Assembly: GCA_016292745.1 (NCBI GenBank)
Contig: JAEDFO010000001.1
Location: 43,823-107,822, forward strand
Length of the DNA stretch: 64,000 bases
Source: Muribaculaceae bacterium
Lineage (GTDB): Bacteria; Bacteroidota; Bacteroidia; Bacteroidales; Muribaculaceae
Direction: 5' to 3'
This document shows positions 60,913-64,000 of the stretch, piece by piece (within the stretch, counting starts at the first letter, position 1; each line of letters opens with the position of its first letter). A model generated the notes under the pieces. It ran no database searches, was not told the origin of the DNA, and saw nothing but the letters and a program-made list of their open reading frames with translations. The position numbers and the translations under genes are program-made.

Positions 60913-62430
60913 TTAAAGGTTTTCGATAATGTTAAGCATTTTCACTGTGGCCTGTATGGCTGCCTCAGTTTGGTCAGCATCTACGCCACGTGTCTTTATC
61001 TGATGCCCATTATAATCCCATGAAATAGTGGTTTGAACAAGAGCATCAGTTCGGCCACCGGGCGGGATGTTGACAATATAGTTGGTGAGCATAGGGAATT
61101 TTCGGTCGAGCAAATCGTTGTAAATTCGCTTGATGGCCTTCATGAATGCATCGTACTGTCCGTCACCAGCAGCACTCTGTTGATATTCTTTGCCATTGAT
61201 TTCTATCTTTACTGTAGCAGTTGGGCGCAATCCATGCGATAAGCTTAGGGCATAATTAATGACATTCACCTTTGAATGCGAGGAGTCATGCTTTAGGACA
61301 TCCGACACGATATAAGGCAATTCAAACTGGGTTACTATCTCTTTCTTGTCGCCAAGTTGGATAACACGCTCTGTAACTTTCTTAATGTCGCTTTCGCTCA
61401 ATTCTATACCCAGAGCCTCCAGATTGTTCCTCACGTTAGCTTTACCGGATGTCTTGCCAAGGGCATATTCTCGCTCGCGGCCGAAACGTTCGGGTAACAA
61501 GGCATTGCAGTAAAGATTGTCCTTCTTATCGCCGTCGGCATGCACACCGGCACATTGAGTAAACACGTTCTCACCAATAACAGGTTCGTTCTGCGGAATA
61601 ATAACGCCGGAGAATGCTTCGACAAAACGACTAACTTTATTTATCTTCTTTTCATCAATTCCGGTTTCAAGACGTAACATATCGTGGACTACAGCAACCA
61701 CGCTTGAAAGAGGAGCATTTCCTGCGCGTTCACCTAAACCATTTATGGTGCAGTGAAGCCCCTTGAAACCAACAAGAGCAGCAGCAAATGAGTTGGAGGT
61801 TGCCAAGTCGTAATCGTTATGTCCGTGAAAATCGAAATGAATGTCGGGATATCTATCGGTCATTTTCTTGCCATAGCCATACACCTGATTCGGATTGAAC
61901 ACACCAAGTGTATCGGGAAGCATGAAGCGTTTTATTGGCAACTCCTTTAAAGTATCAACCATATTAAATACATAATCAGGCGAATACTTAATGCCATTCG
62001 ACCAATCTTCAAGATACAGGTTCACTGTAAGGCCGGCAGCGTTAGCATTCTTCACCTCATTGGCAATGTCGGCAAAGTGTGCCTCAGGCGATTTCCCCAA
62101 TTGCTCACGGCAATGTCGCAACGAACCTTTTGCAAGAAGATTTATCACCTTTCCCCCAACGTCCGAAACCCATTTAATGGATTTTCCATTGTCGATAAAC
62201 CCAAGAATCTCTACGCGATTAATAAATCCAGCACGTTGAGCCCATTCACAGATGCCTTTTACCGATTCAAACTCACCCGACGATACGCGTGCCGACGCAA
62301 TCTCGATACGAGAGATATTGAGCTCTGTAAGTAGGTTCTGCGCAATACTCAATTTCTCGGATGGTGTGAACGACACCCCAGAGGTTTGTTCACCGTCGCG
62401 GAGAGTGGTATCTAATAGTTCTATCTTCAT
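60913..62430 (-). CDS. cimA: 2-isopropylmalate synthase-family enzyme, probably (R)-citramalate synthase
   Basis: [17 protein letters not shown] and ARVSSGE N-terminal motifs, HGHNDYDLA, and a C-terminal LeuA-dimerisation-like domain. It sits between leuD and leuB. Confidence 0.7.
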   Translation of the reverse strand: MKIELLDTTLRDGEQTSGVSFTPSEKLSIAQNLLTELNISRIEIASARVSSGEFESVKGICEWAQRAGFINRVEILGFIDNGKSIKWVSDVGGKVINLLAKGSLRHCREQLGKSPEAHFADIANEVKNANAAGLTVNLYLEDWSNGIKYSPDYVFNMVDTLKELPIKRFMLPDTLGVFNPNQVYGYGKKMTDRYPDIHFDFHGHNDYDLATSNSFAAALVGFKGLHCTINGLGERAGNAPLSSVVAVVHDMLRLETGIDEKKINKVSRFVEAFSGVIIPQNEPVIGENVFTQCAGVHADGDKKDNLYCNALLPERFGREREYALGKTSGKANVRNNLEALGIELSESDIKKVTERVIQLGDKKEIVTQFELPYIVSDVLKHDSSHSKVNVINYALSLSHGLRPTATVKIEINGKEYQQSAAGDGQYDAFMKAIKRIYNDLLDRKFPMLTNYIVNIPPGGRTDALVQTTISWDYNGHQIKTRGVDADQTEAAIQATVKMLNIIENL

Positions 62431-62436
62431 ACAGAG

Positions 62437-63030
62437 TTATTTGCTGTGGTTATGCTCGAAACCTTCTATATCTGATTTTTTACTGAGAAGGAAATCTATA
62501 TCATCGAAGCCGTTAAGAAGACAATTTTTCTTGTAAAGATTAATATCGAACGATTCCTTCTCGCCAGTGGCATTGTTGGTAATGGTCTGAGCATTCAAAT
62601 CAACGGTTACAGTTGATGTATTGTCGGCCTCTATCGACTTGAATAGAGATGCAAGAAACTTCTCCGACACAACAACTGGCAGAACGCAGTTATTGAGTGC
62701 ATTGTTTTTGAAGATATCAGCAAAATAGCTTGAAACAACGACCTTAAAGCCATATCCTGCAATCGCCCATGCTGCATGCTCACGACTTGAGCCTGAACCA
62801 AAATTTTTCCCGGCAACAAGCACCGAACCACTGTAATCAGGATTGTTAAGCACGAACGATGCAATGGGCTTTCCATTTCCGTCGTAGCGCCAATCCCGGA
62901 AAAGATTGTCACCAAATCCTTGTTTTGATGTTGCTTTCAAAAAACGTGCTGGAATTATCTGGTCAGTATCTACGTTTTCTCTTTGTAATGGTATGCAACG
63001 CGATGTGAGTGTAGTGAATTTTTCTTTCAT
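62437..63030 (-). CDS. leuD: 3-isopropylmalate dehydratase small subunit
   Basis: 197 aa with [13 protein letters not shown] motif. Confidence 0.93.
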   Translation of the reverse strand: MKEKFTTLTSRCIPLQRENVDTDQIIPARFLKATSKQGFGDNLFRDWRYDGNGKPIASFVLNNPDYSGSVLVAGKNFGSGSSREHAAWAIAGYGFKVVVSSYFADIFKNNALNNCVLPVVVSEKFLASLFKSIEADNTSTVTVDLNAQTITNNATGEKESFDINLYKKNCLLNGFDDIDFLLSKKSDIEGFEHNHSK

Positions 63031-63043
63031 TGCTTTTAAGAAA

Positions 63044-64000
63044 TTAAATAGTTGAAGGATTTGTGATTCTGCCGGTTATTGCAGCAGCTGCCGCAACCAA
63101 TGGCCCCGCCAAAATTGTGCGTGCGCCAGGTCCTTGACGGCCCTCGAAATTTCTGTTTGATGTCGACACTGCATATTTGCCGGCTGGCACTTTGTCTTCG
63201 TTCATTGCTAAGCATGCCGAACATCCTGGCTGACGGATTTCGAAACCAGCATCTTCAAGAATCTTGTCGAGCCCTTCTTCACGAATCTGCTTGTCAACAT
63301 TCCATGAGCCGGGAACAAGCCATGCAACAACATTATCGGCTTTCTTCTTCCCTTTCACAAATGATGCAAATGCACGGAAATCTTCAATACGACCATTAGT
63401 GCAACTGCCAAGAAATACATAATCTATCGGCTTCCCAAGCAAACTTTCTTCGGGCTTGAATCCCATATAGTCAAGCGAGCGCATGAATGAAATCTTTCCA
63501 GCTTCGTCGATTGATTCGAGCGAAGGTATTTTTTCTTCAATACCGATACCCATTCCAGGGTTAGTGCCATAGGTTATACGAGGCTCAATGTCGGTAGCCT
63601 CGAATGTAATTTCTTTGTCGAAAACTGCATCATCATCGCTTTTCAGAGTTTTCCAATATGCTACGGCATCATCCCAATCCTTACCTTTAGGCGCATATTC
63701 CCTGCCCTTCACATATGCAAATGTGGTTTCATCTGGGGCTATCATACCTCCGCGCGCACCCATTTCGATACTTAGATTGCACACAGTCATTCGTTCCTCC
63801 ATCGAGAGCGAGCGAATAGTGTCGCCCGCATACTCAACGAAATATCCTGTTGCGCCGCCTGTAGTCATCATGGCAATTATATATAGAGCTATATCTTTAG
63901 CAGTTACATATGGCTTTAAATTTCCGTTTATAGTGATTCTCATCGTCTTTGGCTTAGGCTGAAGAATGCATTGCGATGCAAGCACCATTTCAACCTCACT
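63044..64000 (-). CDS. leuC: 3-isopropylmalate dehydratase large subunit (5' part lies beyond the right edge)
   Basis: [19 protein letters not shown] and [12 protein letters not shown] motifs. Only the C-terminal ~2/3 of the protein is present, and the listed Met at 63988 is internal. Confidence 0.93.
   Translation of the reverse strand, partial: SEVEMVLASQCILQPKPKTMRITINGNLKPYVTAKDIALYIIAMMTTGGATGYFVEYAGDTIRSLSMEERMTVCNLSIEMGARGGMIAPDETTFAYVKGREYAPKGKDWDDAVAYWKTLKSDDDAVFDKEITFEATDIEPRITYGTNPGMGIGIEEKIPSLESIDEAGKISFMRSLDYMGFKPEESLLGKPIDYVFLGSCTNGRIEDFRAFASFVKGKKKADNVVAWLVPGSWNVDKQIREEGLDKILEDAGFEIRQPGCSACLAMNEDKVPAGKYAVSTSNRNFEGRQGPGARTILAGPLVAAAAAITGRITNPSTI

Noticed and set aside
1-64000. 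Scan for CRISPR arrays, tRNA/rRNA genes, IS elements or integrases, invertible promoters with long flanking inverted repeats, riboswitches and defence islands
   Set aside because: I found no periodic repeat-spacer structure, no tRNA-like GG..TAGCTCAG or TTCGAATC blocks in intergenic regions, and no transposase, recombinase, reverse transcriptase or nuclease-ATPase ORFs. Intergenic spacers are short (<=580 nt) and are accounted for by promoters, terminators and rnpB. This was done by eye, so short or degenerate elements could have been missed.

Overview
This window reads as conserved core chromosome of a Bacteroidota (Bacteroidales-like) bacterium. That assignment is an inference from three things: protein similarities recalled from memory, 14 matches to the Bacteroides-type TAnnTTTG -7 promoter box (13 of them 18-72 nt upstream of start codons, one 110 nt), and typical gene neighbourhoods (bamD-rpoZ, ftsK-lolA, the mce-mmd operon, leuCD-cimA-leuB). 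I support about 55 protein genes, and almost all are housekeeping. They include the Na+-pumping methylmalonyl-CoA decarboxylase operon, dnaK, uvrB, tex, ftsK, trkAH, dxs, fmt, prs, rpoD, htrA, folC, prfC, maeB and the leu genes. There is one RNA gene, the RNase P RNA at about 49328-49710 on the minus strand; the ORF track cannot show it. Two credible small ORFs fall below the 60-aa track cut-off: a DUF4250-like ORF at 8326-8502 and a 56-aa two-TM ORF at 32806-32976. Several track ORFs start at upstream TTG codons, and I trimmed them to likelier ATG starts. I found no tRNA or rRNA, no CRISPR array, no transposase, integrase or phage genes, and no recognisable defence or toxin modules. I do not see a convincing undescribed multi-gene system here. 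The best leads are modest: (1) a self-contained three-gene outer-membrane unit (POTRA-less Omp85 barrel, EptA/MCR-type phosphoethanolamine transferase, small beta-barrel); (2) a lamin-tail-domain::OadG fusion inside the decarboxylase sodium-pump operon; (3) a tightly overlapped tex / divergent HPPK-like / MBL-fold / VOC chain; (4) a 12-bp perfect inverted repeat over the patatin promoter. All functional calls rest on motif recognition and memory of protein families, because no searches were run.
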